Shown: positions 28,427 to 38,672, counted from the first letter of the stretch. The stretch is 64,000 nucleotides of DNA from Candidatus Micrarchaeota archaeon (GCA_021818545.1 JAKATX010000001.1:47061-111060), one strand, 5' to 3'. Translations and numbers: made by a program. The notes: generated by a model not told the origin, from the sequence alone.

Positions 28427-29780
28427 GTGACATCCTCCCACCCGTGAACGGCGTGGGCTTCCTCTGCGTTCATGCAATCGCTGCATCCCGCAAAGGATGT
28501 GTTTTATCGGTTCTCAGTTCGTCGAGTCCGTTTGCATTCCCTGTTGGAACGTATTGACGATTCTCTCCCTGAGCGTGACTTTCCCTCTGTCCGGGGGTAG
28601 CTCTTTTGAGTATGTTTATTGATGCGTTTATGTCCCTGTCCTTTGACATTCCGCATCTCTGGCAGATGTACGTTCTTTCCGAGAGTGGCATCTCCTGAAT
28701 GTTGCCGCAATTACTGCACTCCTTTGAGGTGTTCCTTGCATCCACCTTGACTACACTCAAACCAGCACTTTCAGCCTTGTATGAGAGGAGTTGGATGAAC
28801 CTGTTCCATGAAGCATCATGTATTGAACTTGCCAACCTATGATTCTTTACCATGTTTTGGATACGGAGGTCTTCTACTGCGAATGAAGTGTATCCTGAAT
28901 TGACGAGAGCGTCTGAAAGTTTATGAAGGTAGTCGCCAGATTGATTTGCGGAATATTCGTATGTTTTTTAGAGATGCGCCTTTGCCCTCTGCCTTCTCCT
29001 TGAGCCTTTGTTCCCCCTTGCGACTATTCTCTGCCAATATGCAATCCTCTTTCTGTTCTGTTGCATGAACCTTGGTTTCTCTATCTTTGTTCCATCTGAC
29101 AGTGCAATAAATGAATCCGATCCCAAATCTATCCCTACTGGATCGGTATCTTCCACTTTGGGAATTTTGGCATTGGTTATCGTTGTGAAAACTGCATAAT
29201 AACTCTTTCCTTCCCTCTTTATCGAAAGAGTCTTTATTGCACCTTCTATCTTCCTATGCAACTCTATCGGCATTGTTCCTATTCTTGAGACCCTTAGCCT
29301 GTCCTTCCTTATCGAGAAAGAGCCGTTGTCCTGCGGATATGTTATTGACTTGTATCTGTCCCGTGACCTGAATCTCGGGAATCCTGCCTTTCTGTTTCCT
29401 TCCTTGATCCTTCTGAAGAAGTTCTGGTATGCTTTTAGAAGCCTGAATTCTATCTCGCATCTTGTCTGCGAATAGAGTTTCAGGTATCTCTTGTCATCTT
29501 GGATTGCCTCTTTTACGAATCTGTTGAATTGAGCCATCGAGACCTTGGTCTTTCCATTTTTATAGGACTCGATTGACTTCTCAAGAATCTTGTTGTAGAA
29601 CTGTTGTGCAATAATCAGCCTTTCGTCTATCTCTCCCTGCCTTGTAGCGTCGGGGTGGATTCTGAACTTGTAGGCTCTTGTCAGTCCCATGCAACCTATA
29701 TTTCCATCCATATCTATACGCCTTACTACGGTTCGCTTTCATCCCACCCATGAATGGTGTGGGATTTCCCGCTCACTTTG
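28427..29780 (-). mobile_element. IS200/IS605-family (IS1341-like, tnpB-only) insertion sequence, 1354 bp
   Basis: Left-end hairpin ATCCCACACCA-TTCA-TGGGTGGGAT after target TTAA; right-end hairpin CCCACGCCG-TTCA-CGGGTGGG ending GATGTCAC; no target duplication; no tnpA. Confidence 0.93.
28470..29690 (-). pseudogene. tnpB: RNA-guided endonuclease TnpB with a single in-frame stop
   Basis: RAYKFRIHP, GFPRFR, GIDLG, VEDL, TSKECSNCG, CQRCG and DRDINA motifs; TAA at 28968-28970 splits two same-frame ORFs. Confidence 0.93.
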
Positions 29781-30124
29781 TTAAGGTTGAGCGATTTTAT
29801 TATGAAAGCTAGCTGCCCGTTCAGGTCCTTCTGGCCAACGAGCAATACCTCTATGCCGCGCTTCTTTGCCCTCAGCGAGAGCTGCACATCGGACGTCAAT
29901 AGCACCGCGCCGGCCCTCTTCGAAACCTTTAGTATCTGGTCATCGCCTTGCACGGGCACGTCCATTGCTGCTATGCCTGCGAGCCCGAGCCATCGCGAGG
30001 TCTTTGCAAGCATAACGTCTGCGAGTATATGGCCTTTTACCATCGTGAAACGCCAGTTTCTCGCATACTATTTAATAGACATCATCTAAATATCTCTGTC
30101 TGCTTATCGTATGGTGCTAATTGC

Positions 30125-32428
30125 ATGATAAGATCCATAGAGCTTATCAACTGGAAAACCCACAGGAACACCAAACTGGACTTCAAGAATGGTGTGAACG
30201 TGCTAATAGGCATAATGGGCGCGGGGAAAAGCTCCGTGCTAGATGCCATATCGTTCGCGCTTTTCGGCACTTTCCCTGCACTGAAGAGCAGGAAGATCGC
30301 GTCGAACGATCTCATAACCAACAGGCCGGAGGAGGAACAGGAAGCAAAGGTCAGGTTAGAATTTGAAGTCGACGGCAACGTGTATGCCGTATTAAGGACA
30401 ATAAACTTGCGCAGCAGCAGCACGGCAAAGCTTGAAAGGAACGGCGAGTACCTGCAGACGCAGGCAGAGAGGGTGAACGAGGAGATAGGGCACCTGCTCA
30501 AGACGGACTATGAGACGTTCTCGCGCGCGATATACGCAGAGCAAAACAACCTTGACTATTTCCTTGAACTGACCAAGAGCGACAGGAAGAAGCAGATAGA
30601 CGGCATGCTTGGGCTGGACCAGTTCGCCGCTGCAGAGGACAACGCCACGTCTCTGATAAACAGCATAAAGTCTATGATAGGAGACGAGGAAAGCACGCTG
30701 GCGCAAATCGATATGAAATCTTACAAGGCGCAGCTGGGGAAATTAGGGGAGGAATTAGCCGGGATGGAAAAGGAGCAGATCTCGCTCAAGGCGACGGAGA
30801 AGAAGACCGCAGCGGATGTTGATTCCATAAGGAAGAAGTTGGATGAAGCCAAGGCGCTGCAGTCCAAGAAGGCCGTGCTGGAGAAGGAGATCGCCGCCAT
30901 AAACGGAAAGACCGCGGCTATGGAGGATGAGATTGCCAAGATAAACAAGCTCAATATAGACAGTGAGTCGGTGAAAGCCGGCCTCAAGGCAGCAAAGGAG
31001 TCCAAGGCAGCTGTCGAGACTGCATTGGACAAGCTCGGGACGGACCTTAAGGATGCCACGTCTAAGGCCGCATCACTCTCTACCGCGATAGAATCAAATG
31101 AAAAGAAGGCCAAGGACAGGGATGCCATACTCGCTAAAATCAAAGGTAAGACTGTCGATGCGTCCAATGAGCGCGTCAAGAAATGCGAGATATCGCTAAG
31201 GGAGCTCAATGATTCCATGGCACGCAACAGGGCCCTTGGAAAGGAGGTGGCGGCTTGGCTAGAAGAGCTTAAGAAGCACATAGGCAAGTGCCCGCTCTGC
31301 GAACGCGAGCTTGACGGCGCGCTTAAGGAGAAGCTGTTGAAGGACAAGAGCGCGCTGATGGGCGGCATAGACAAGGAGCTGTCCGAACTCGGCAAGCGCA
31401 TACCGGAAGCCGAGGCGGGACTAAAAGCTGCAAAGGAGGAAGCAGTGAGAGTCGCAGTATATACCAGCAAGCTGAAGGATTATGAAGGGATTGAAAACGC
31501 CATCGCGAAGGACAGAACGGAACTCGCTGCCATAAAACCAAAATGTTCCGCGCTGGAGAAGGACATCAAAGCGAAGGGGCTGGAGCGGGATGCGTTCTCC
31601 GAGTCGATAAACAAGCTGAATGCGGACATGGAATCAACAAAGAGAAAAGCAGCGTACGTTGACGAGTTGGCCAGGGCCGGCACCATAGTGAAACGCAAAA
31701 CAGACGAGATGAAAGCAATAGCTGTCGATGACAAATTGGTTGATGCCATGCGGGGCGACCTCGAGGGCAAGGCTGCGGAATTGAGCGGCGCGCGCGCCAG
31801 GCTGAGCTCCAGCATCAAGTACACCGAGAGCCTGAGATCGCAGATAGACGAGAAGGCAAAGCAGGTGGCAAACTTTGAGGTGATAGAAGCCAGGATAGCG
31901 AAGCGGAGGGATCACATTGGAAACCTCAACAAGTTCAAGAGTGCGCTTATGGAAACAGAGGCGCTCCTCAGGAACATGCTCGTCTCTTCCATAAACAGCC
32001 TCATGAACGGGCTTTGGCCGGAGCTATACCCTTATGGCGATTATAGACGGATACGGTTGACAAGCAAAAAGGACGATTACCTGCTGGAAGCAGACCTGGG
32101 CAGAGGAGGCGCAGAGTACTGGGCGTCGGTCGATGCAGTAGCAAGCGGAGGCGAGAGGACCATAGCGTGCCTCGCGATGAGGGTGGCAATGTCCATGGTA
32201 ATAGTGCCAAACCTGAAGTGGATAATACTTGACGAACCGACGCACAACCTTGATTCCAACGGCATATCAAGGCTCATAAATGTCCTTGGGGAGAATCTAC
32301 CTAAGGTAGTCGACCAGATATTCGTAATAACACATGAGGAGAGCATGAAGCAGATAGGCTCCGCGATAGTCTACACGCTCGACAGGGACAAGTCCGTGGA
32401 CGGCCCGACAACCGTATCGGAACTTTGA
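30125..32428 (+). CDS. rad50: Rad50/SbcC-like SMC ATPase
   Basis: GIMGAGKSS Walker A, Q-loop, coiled coils with central CPLC zinc hook, SGGE, ILDEPT and ITH motifs. Confidence 0.9.
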   Translation: MIRSIELINWKTHRNTKLDFKNGVNVLIGIMGAGKSSVLDAISFALFGTFPALKSRKIASNDLITNRPEEEQEAKVRLEFEVDGNVYAVLRTINLRSSSTAKLERNGEYLQTQAERVNEEIGHLLKTDYETFSRAIYAEQNNLDYFLELTKSDRKKQIDGMLGLDQFAAAEDNATSLINSIKSMIGDEESTLAQIDMKSYKAQLGKLGEELAGMEKEQISLKATEKKTAADVDSIRKKLDEAKALQSKKAVLEKEIAAINGKTAAMEDEIAKINKLNIDSESVKAGLKAAKESKAAVETALDKLGTDLKDATSKAASLSTAIESNEKKAKDRDAILAKIKGKTVDASNERVKKCEISLRELNDSMARNRALGKEVAAWLEELKKHIGKCPLCERELDGALKEKLLKDKSALMGGIDKELSELGKRIPEAEAGLKAAKEEAVRVAVYTSKLKDYEGIENAIAKDRTELAAIKPKCSALEKDIKAKGLERDAFSESINKLNADMESTKRKAAYVDELARAGTIVKRKTDEMKAIAVDDKLVDAMRGDLEGKAAELSGARARLSSSIKYTESLRSQIDEKAKQVANFEVIEARIAKRRDHIGNLNKFKSALMETEALLRNMLVSSINSLMNGLWPELYPYGDYRRIRLTSKKDDYLLEADLGRGGAEYWASVDAVASGGERTIACLAMRVAMSMVIVPNLKWIILDEPTHNLDSNGISRLINVLGENLPKVVDQIFVITHEESMKQIGSAIVYTLDRDKSVDGPTTVSEL

Positions 32429-32432
32429 CGCT

Positions 32433-33473
32433 TTATAGAAGGTCTAACCCAAGGCCGCCGTCGGAATGCTGGGGCTGGCGCGGGGATCCTATTATCGAAT
32501 CGCTTTGCACGCCGGTAAAAACCGCTATCACCTCGACCTTTCCGATATATGACGGGTCTATCCTTGCGCCCCAGAGCACGTTGGCGTTAGGAGCCGTAAG
32601 GCCGGTAAGCTTATTCCCTATGTCGTTCGCATCCCCTAATGTCAGGTCAGTTCCTCCGGTTATGTGAAGCAGTATTCCGGTCGCGCCTTCGTAATCAACG
32701 TCCAGCAGCTTGTTCTGGAGGGTATTGCTAACCACCTTTTCGACCCTGTCATTGCCGGAAGCCTCGCCGACGCTTATCATGGCCAGGCCGCCGTTCGACA
32801 TTATAGTGCGCAAGTCCGCGAAATCAAGGTTTATCAGGCTTGGGGTGTTTATGGTTTCGGCTATGCCGCGCACGGCCCTAGTAGTTATCTCATCGGCTAT
32901 CCTGAATGCTTCCTCTATCGCCACGTTGGGATACAGGTTGACGAGCTTCTGGTTGTCTATCACTATCAGCGTATCGACGTTCTTCCTCAGCTCTTCTATG
33001 CCCTTCTTTGCAGTCGCTATCCTGACGCCTTCGAGCCTGAAAGGGAACGTCACTATCCCTATGACGATTGCGCCGGACCTCTTTGCCACGTCCGCGACGA
33101 CGGGAGCCGCACCAGTGCCGGTGCCTCCTCCCATGCCTGCAGCCACAAATACCAGGTTATAACCATTCAATGCGCTCTCTATCTTAGTGCGGGAGAACTC
33201 TGCGGCCCTGGAACCTACCTGAGGGAATCCGCCTGCGCCCAGTCCTCTGGTCAGCACGTCACCTATGAGAAGGCGGTTTATTGACGGGTCAAGGCCGTTT
33301 AAGTGCTTCGCATCGGTGTTCACAGCTATCAGCGATGCGCCTTTTATCCCTGTCCTGCTCAGCCTCTGGACGGTGTTGCTGCCGCCGCCGCCGACTCCGC
33401 AGACCGCGATCCTTGCCTTGAAGAATTCGTCATCATTCGAGTTGTTTGTAAGCGCGCTAGATAGTATGTCCAT
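32433..33473 (-). CDS. ftsZ: Cell division protein FtsZ
   Basis: GVGGGGSN, GGGTGTG and INLDFAD motifs. Confidence 0.97.
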   Translation of the reverse strand: MDILSSALTNNSNDDEFFKARIAVCGVGGGGSNTVQRLSRTGIKGASLIAVNTDAKHLNGLDPSINRLLIGDVLTRGLGAGGFPQVGSRAAEFSRTKIESALNGYNLVFVAAGMGGGTGTGAAPVVADVAKRSGAIVIGIVTFPFRLEGVRIATAKKGIEELRKNVDTLIVIDNQKLVNLYPNVAIEEAFRIADEITTRAVRGIAETINTPSLINLDFADLRTIMSNGGLAMISVGEASGNDRVEKVVSNTLQNKLLDVDYEGATGILLHITGGTDLTLGDANDIGNKLTGLTAPNANVLWGARIDPSYIGKVEVIAVFTGVQSDSIIGSPRQPQHSDGGLGLDLL

Positions 33474-33664
33474 TATACCACGTTAGAGATAATAACAAAA
33501 AAGCTATAAAATGGTATTCTATAATAATAGTATTTGGTTTATCACTGCTCATGTGGAGCGGGGACTATAGCGATTTATGTCAGAAGCAGATTTTGGAAGC
33601 ACATTGCCGGAACATTTCAGTCTATTACTTAGATTTCTTGCGGCACGGGGAAGGATGGTGACTT

Positions 33665-34720
33665 ATGGATAAGGGGTTCATAAGGTCGATATTGCTATCG
33701 CTTTTCTCCTCGCTGTTGCTGGGCGGATGGCTCATACTATCAATGGTGGCGATTCAGTCATACAGGCCGGTAGACTACTACATGCTGATGTCGTTCTTCG
33801 CATTCGTTTCATTGCTCATATTCCAAGCATTCAGGAAGAAGCACGTAAGGCAACCGAAATTCAGGACGCTGCTTAACGGGGCGGTGTTTTCCATAGAGTC
33901 GCTCTTATTCATCTCTATAGTGAACAGCCGGAACATAGTGATGCTTTCTGCACTCATAACCCTGAACATAATAATATTCACGATAATCAACATAGTGATG
34001 CATAAGGAGGTGCTGAACAGGCACATAGCATTCAGGGTAATCCTATCGTCACTACTCATAATAGCCGCGGTCGACATAATATATGGATTCAATCAGAACA
34101 CGGGATTCAACGCGTTAAGCCAGTCCGACTTCGGCGTGGCGTTCCTTCTGGTGCTCCTATTTGGGCTTACCAACTACCTGTTCTCATACAACAGCAAAAG
34201 GGTGATCAACGAGGAGAACTTCATCTTCTGGATAATGCTGACAGGGTTCGTCATTAGCACGCTTGCATTCGCTCTATTTGGTACTGGCATAGACATACAG
34301 AGGGCGATAATAAACTACTCCATGGTCGGCGGGCTGCTCTTATTCGCAGGCATATCCAGCATGGTATACAGCTACAAGTACCTTGCCAACTACAAGAACG
34401 TCATGCGGTTCGTGGGCACCAATGTGCTGTTCCTTCTAAGCGAAATGGACGTGGTGTTCATATCGATATTGTACTCGATCTTTATAGGCGTCATAAACGA
34501 TGACATAGTGGTGTCGATAGTTCTCATACTGATCTCTATGGCTGTGATATCCACCGTTGAGGACAAGAGGAGCCAGACCAACATATTCACGCATATGGTG
34601 GCCGATAGGCTGAACAAGGAAGCGGCCGGCTTCAAAAGCATAATAGGGCGCAACGAAGCGGCACGCAATGATGCGAGGCACGGAAAGCGCGCCAACAGGA
34701 CGCATCCTAAGCGGTTATGA
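33665..34720 (+). CDS. Polytopic membrane protein, possibly DMT/EamA-like transporter
   Basis: About 10 hydrophobic segments in an apparent 5+5 arrangement; no diagnostic motif. Confidence 0.5.
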   Translation: MDKGFIRSILLSLFSSLLLGGWLILSMVAIQSYRPVDYYMLMSFFAFVSLLIFQAFRKKHVRQPKFRTLLNGAVFSIESLLFISIVNSRNIVMLSALITLNIIIFTIINIVMHKEVLNRHIAFRVILSSLLIIAAVDIIYGFNQNTGFNALSQSDFGVAFLLVLLFGLTNYLFSYNSKRVINEENFIFWIMLTGFVISTLAFALFGTGIDIQRAIINYSMVGGLLLFAGISSMVYSYKYLANYKNVMRFVGTNVLFLLSEMDVVFISILYSIFIGVINDDIVVSIVLILISMAVISTVEDKRSQTNIFTHMVADRLNKEAAGFKSIIGRNEAARNDARHGKRANRTHPKRL

Positions 34721-34825
34721 TTTTGCGCCGTAATATGCGGCTTCGCTGCTACATCTTTTTATAGCTTTTCGTGTAATAAGTTATGAGCTTTTCTTGATTT
34801 GATGTCATAGAGCTTATCTGATTAA

Positions 34826-35350
34826 ATGGCAAGACTAAGACCTGCACGTACGATGCGCTATCCTAACTCACAGGCATGGGCCAGGTATTCGCTTAAGAAG
34901 CCCAGAAAGAACTATGTAAGGGCACTGCCGCACACCAGCCTGCTGATATTCAACATGGGAGTCGACAACGACTCATACGATATGCAGATGACGCTAAATC
35001 CGCAGCGCGACATACAGCTTAGGTCGAACGCGCTCGAGGCCGCGAGGCAGGTGGCCAACAGGTACCTGGAAACGACCATACCGCAGGGCTACTTCTTCAA
35101 GGTGCTCGTCTATCCGCATAACGTTATAAGGGAGCACAAGATGGCTACAGGCGCAGGGGCAGACAGGATATCCCAGGGTATGAGCCTGGCATTCGGCAGG
35201 CCGATATCGATCGCAGCAAGGGTAAGGGAGGATCAGCCCATATTCCTCGTAAAGACCAGCTCCAAGAACAGGCAGGTGGTCGACGAGGCGTTCAGGAGGG
35301 CCGCGTCCAAGCTATCAGGCACCTACAAGGCAAGGATAAAAGCCAGATAA
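34826..35350 (+). CDS. rpl10e: 50S ribosomal protein L10e (uL16)
   Basis: ALEAAR, REHKMATGAGADRISQGMSLAFGRP. Confidence 0.97.
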   Translation: MARLRPARTMRYPNSQAWARYSLKKPRKNYVRALPHTSLLIFNMGVDNDSYDMQMTLNPQRDIQLRSNALEAARQVANRYLETTIPQGYFFKVLVYPHNVIREHKMATGAGADRISQGMSLAFGRPISIAARVREDQPIFLVKTSSKNRQVVDEAFRRAASKLSGTYKARIKAR

Positions 35351-35385
35351 GCCTTCTTCAAGTCAAACAGGTACAGTGCATCTAG

Positions 35386-36306
35386 ATGAGAATCCTATTA
35401 CAGTTTCCCGAAGGCCTAAAACAATACGCATTGAAGTATTCCAAGAAGCTGGAGGCAGAAGGCAATGAGGTATTCGTGTCAGCATCACCTACTTTTGGCG
35501 CATGCGACCTGGCGCTAGACGAAGCGCGATCGCTTAAGGCGGACAAGCTGGTGCACTTCGGGCATGCAGAATTCCACCATGTGGACTTCAATGTAGAATA
35601 TGTGGAGTACAGCATAGACGCGCCTCTGGACATATTGAAGCAATCGCTTGAGAAGCTATCCGGTTATGATAAGATAGGGCTGGTCACGACAATACAGCAC
35701 ATACACCAGATGGATGCCATAAAGGCATTCTACGAGGCCAGCGGGAAGACCGTTATAATAGGCAAACCATACGGCTTCGCAAAGAGGGATGGGCAGATAT
35801 TGGGCTGCGATATAGGCAGCGCGGCTACGATAGACAGGGAAGTCGACGCGCACGTGTATTTCGGGGGCGGGATGTTCCATCCGCTTGGCGCAGCGCTGGC
35901 AACCAAGAAGCCATTCCTTGTGGTAGAGCCATTCGAGAACAGGGTGGACTTTATAGATGGGCAGCGCGAAGTCTACAGGAAGAGGAGCAGGGGCAAGGTG
36001 CTTTCGGCGCTAAACGCTAAGCGTTTCGGCATACTAGTAAGCACCAAGAACGGGCAGCACAACATGAGGCTGGCGGAAGTCATAAAGATGAAGATCGAGG
36101 GAGCAGGGCTTGACGCCGCCATATTGGTGGCAAACACTTTTGACTTCCAGTCTATGGGCAACATGATGGAATTCGACGCTTTCGTGAACACCGCATGCCC
36201 CAGGATATCAATAGATGACCCTGTCAGGATAGGCAAGCCGCTGATCGGGGCGAACGAGCTTATGGAGGTTCTTAAGATTAAGGCCGAGCTCAAGGAGGTC
36301 AGCTAA
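35386..36306 (+). CDS. dph2: Diphthamide biosynthesis protein Dph2
   Basis: LQFPEGLK, FGACD, HFGH, GQILGC and TACPR motifs. Confidence 0.95.
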   Translation: MRILLQFPEGLKQYALKYSKKLEAEGNEVFVSASPTFGACDLALDEARSLKADKLVHFGHAEFHHVDFNVEYVEYSIDAPLDILKQSLEKLSGYDKIGLVTTIQHIHQMDAIKAFYEASGKTVIIGKPYGFAKRDGQILGCDIGSAATIDREVDAHVYFGGGMFHPLGAALATKKPFLVVEPFENRVDFIDGQREVYRKRSRGKVLSALNAKRFGILVSTKNGQHNMRLAEVIKMKIEGAGLDAAILVANTFDFQSMGNMMEFDAFVNTACPRISIDDPVRIGKPLIGANELMEVLKIKAELKEVS

Positions 36307-36392
36307 TTTTTTATACATAGCTATGTAGGCGTTTTATATGTACAACACAGCATAGCCGCGCGGATACTGCTGGCATTTTAATTAGGATAGGG

Positions 36393-36471
36393 GCGCAGCG
36401 CAAACGCTGCGCTAGCGCATCAAGAAGTAAATGAAAAAACAGAAAACAAAAAGAAGAAGAAAAAAGAAAAA
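36393..36471 (-). terminator. U-rich tract and GC hairpin between the convergent dph2 and pilin-like genes
   Basis: GCGCAGCG-caaa-CGCTGCGC at 36393-36412; long A-rich tract (U-rich on minus strand) just 3' of the pilin-like stop. Confidence 0.55.
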
Positions 36472-36487
36472 GAACTGAACTACGCGC

Positions 36488-37075
36488 TCAGTGAGTGGAC
36501 TTTATAGCCAATGTAGCTACCTTGGCCCAGTTCGTAGGACCTGTTATCGGGCATGGACCTGTTGTGCAGTAGCTTATCCACACGTATCCATAGAACGGCG
36601 TTCCAATCACTGGAGCGCTTGGTATTCCGCCAGCAGGAACCTCATTGACAGATGAATCATTGCCGAATGCTACTGCGTATATCTGGCCAGACTGCAGCGT
36701 GCCGATCTGGACCGTGTTGGCTGGTTTAGTACCGCCCGACGTAGTCATGTTTACCGGCACACCAATCACTCCGTTAGTGCTTAGAGCAGACCCCTCCTGT
36801 GCGACGAAGACATTGACCGAGTAGAATGTCAACCCGGTGTTCTGGCCGAACGAGAAGTCTATGAATGCCCCACCACTTGCTCCTGCGCTGAACGTTGGAC
36901 TTGCGCAGATGAATCCGGACTGTGCTATGCAAGCCTGCGGTGTTCCTCCTGTGCCGAACACTCCCAGCTCGAACAGCGCTGCCAGAACCACTGCTATTAT
37001 CAAGATGGCCCATCCGTAGGTCATCAGATACTCCATAGCGCTCTGTCCCTTTAGCGTATTATTTTTGTGTATCAT
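36488..37075 (-). CDS. Type IV pilin-like protein with class III signal peptide
   Basis: KG|QSAMEYLMTYGWAILIIAVV: cleavage after G, Glu at +5, hydrophobic helix; two Cys pairs. Confidence 0.85.
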   Translation of the reverse strand: MIHKNNTLKGQSAMEYLMTYGWAILIIAVVLAALFELGVFGTGGTPQACIAQSGFICASPTFSAGASGGAFIDFSFGQNTGLTFYSVNVFVAQEGSALSTNGVIGVPVNMTTSGGTKPANTVQIGTLQSGQIYAVAFGNDSSVNEVPAGGIPSAPVIGTPFYGYVWISYCTTGPCPITGPTNWAKVATLAIKSTH

Positions 37076-37344
37076 AGGTACCCCCTATGATTGTAATAAA
37101 CTCTCACAAGATATAAATACCCTACCTTATATTCAAATTTTTTTATATTATGATTTTAATCGATGGTGAAATAGTATAACAGGGTAATAAAAATTAGGGG
37201 ATAATAAGAGCGCGATATATGTGCGGCATCGCAGGATGCAATGACGCAACAAAATCTAGATATTGTGTTTATTTCAACTCCCCAAAAGGTTTCAAAATGA
37301 ATAAAAGGTTATAAGTCATAATTAAAACGCTGATTGGTGGTGAT

Positions 37345-38616
37345 ATGGCAGAGGAATTGAATCCTTTCAAGATAGCGCAAGAGCAGCTCGACAAGGCTGC
37401 CGAGATAATGGGACTGGACAAGCAGGCACATGCTATACTCAGGGAGCCTAGGCGCACCCTTATAGTTAACCTGCCAGTTAAGATGAGGGACGGCCACACT
37501 GAGACGTTCACCGGATTCAGGGTGCAATACAACGATGCGAGAGGGCCGGCCAAGGGCGGCATAAGGTTCCATCCTGCCGAGACTATAGATACGGTAAAGG
37601 CCTTATCCGCATGGATGACATGGAAATGCTCGCTTGCTGACATACCTTTGGGAGGAGGAAAGGGCGGGGTAATATGCGACCCGAAGAAGTTTAACGAGAC
37701 CGAGCTGGAAAACCTGGCGAGGGCTTACATGAGGGCGATAGCCAGCTTCGTAGGACCGGACAAGGACATACCTGCGCCGGACGTTTACACCACGCCGCAG
37801 ATAATGGCGTGGATGCTTGACGAGTATACAAGGGTGGTCGGCCACAATGACTTCGGCACTATAACAGGAAAGCCGGTGGAGGTATGGGGCTCTGAAGGCC
37901 GCATGGATTCCACCGCATTGGGAGGCATGTTCGTGATGCGCGAAGCTGCGAAGTCCCTTAAGATGAACCTGAAGAAGTCTACCGTAGCGGTACAGGGATT
38001 CGGCAACGCTGGCAAGTTCGCTTACACGCTATCTAAGAAGATGTTCGGCTCGAAAGTCGTCGCCATAAGCGATTCGGAGGGCGGAGTGTACGATCCCGAT
38101 GGCCTGGATTTGCAGAAATTGGAGGAGGCAAAGGCCGAGACTGGTAGCGTTAAGAATTACAAGAGCAAGAATGCCAAGGCCATAACTAACGAGAAGCTGC
38201 TTGAACTGGACGTAGACGTGCTGATACCCGCAGCCATAGAGAATCAGATAAGGAAGGACAACGCGGACGATATAAAGGCGAAGCTCATACTGGAATTGGC
38301 TAACGGCCCGATCACGCCAGATGCGACAGACATACTTTTTGAGAAGAGGGCCATGGACCTGCCGGACTTCCTTGTCAACAGCGGCGGAGTCATAGGCTCC
38401 TACTTTGAATGGGTGCAGAACATAAGCGGCTACTACTGGGACACCAACAAATTCCACACCGAATTGGATAAGATAATAACGAAATCATTCAGGGACACAG
38501 TAGCCACGCAAAAGGCGTATGCTGCCAAGAAGGTTAAGATAAATGAGAGGATGGCGGCTTATGTGATAGCGGTGGACAGAGTGGCCAAGGCCATGAAAGC
38601 ACGCGGATGGTACTGA
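37345..38616 (+). CDS. gdhA: Glutamate dehydrogenase
   Basis: GPAKGGIRFHP, GGGKGG, DIPAPD, QGFGNAG and SYFEWVQN motifs. Confidence 0.96.
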   Translation: MAEELNPFKIAQEQLDKAAEIMGLDKQAHAILREPRRTLIVNLPVKMRDGHTETFTGFRVQYNDARGPAKGGIRFHPAETIDTVKALSAWMTWKCSLADIPLGGGKGGVICDPKKFNETELENLARAYMRAIASFVGPDKDIPAPDVYTTPQIMAWMLDEYTRVVGHNDFGTITGKPVEVWGSEGRMDSTALGGMFVMREAAKSLKMNLKKSTVAVQGFGNAGKFAYTLSKKMFGSKVVAISDSEGGVYDPDGLDLQKLEEAKAETGSVKNYKSKNAKAITNEKLLELDVDVLIPAAIENQIRKDNADDIKAKLILELANGPITPDATDILFEKRAMDLPDFLVNSGGVIGSYFEWVQNISGYYWDTNKFHTELDKIITKSFRDTVATQKAYAAKKVKINERMAAYVIAVDRVAKAMKARGWY

Positions 38617-38625
38617 GGATCATTT

Positions 38626-38663
38626 GGGCTGCATGGGCAGCCCCTGTTTCTTTTTTACTTTTT
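38626..38663 (+). terminator. Hairpin plus T-tract after gdhA
   Basis: GGGCTGC-atgg-GCAGCCC followed by a T-rich run, between convergent genes. Confidence 0.6.
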
Positions 38664-38672
38664 ATTACATGA

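Larger units (their letters stand above)
28192..30043 (-). pseudogene. Mut7-C (PIN-like) RNase gene interrupted by an IS200/IS605 element
   Basis: N-part 29781-30043 has LADVML....RWL...G and LLTSD; C-part 28192-28426 has CTKC and CNHCKKQYWEGTHW. Joining gives one 498-nt frame (...SLNLK-VHTEP...). Confidence 0.88.

Noticed and set aside
28968..28970. Stop-codon reassignment or programmed readthrough
   Set aside because: TAA ends ordinary genes in this window (e.g. rpl13, metG, ftsZ); a nonsense mutation is simpler
28427..29780. IStron (group I intron-IS hybrid) or BHB-spliced element
   Set aside because: Only ~90 nt separate the left end from tnpB, too little for a ribozyme core, and I could not build a convincing BHB at the junctions
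29948..30124. N-terminal extensions in the ORF track for rad50 (also asnS, the NiCoT gene, mbf1 and the 56514 ORF)
   Set aside because: They overlap neighbouring genes, tRNAs or promoter-like DNA; family-like sequence begins at later starts
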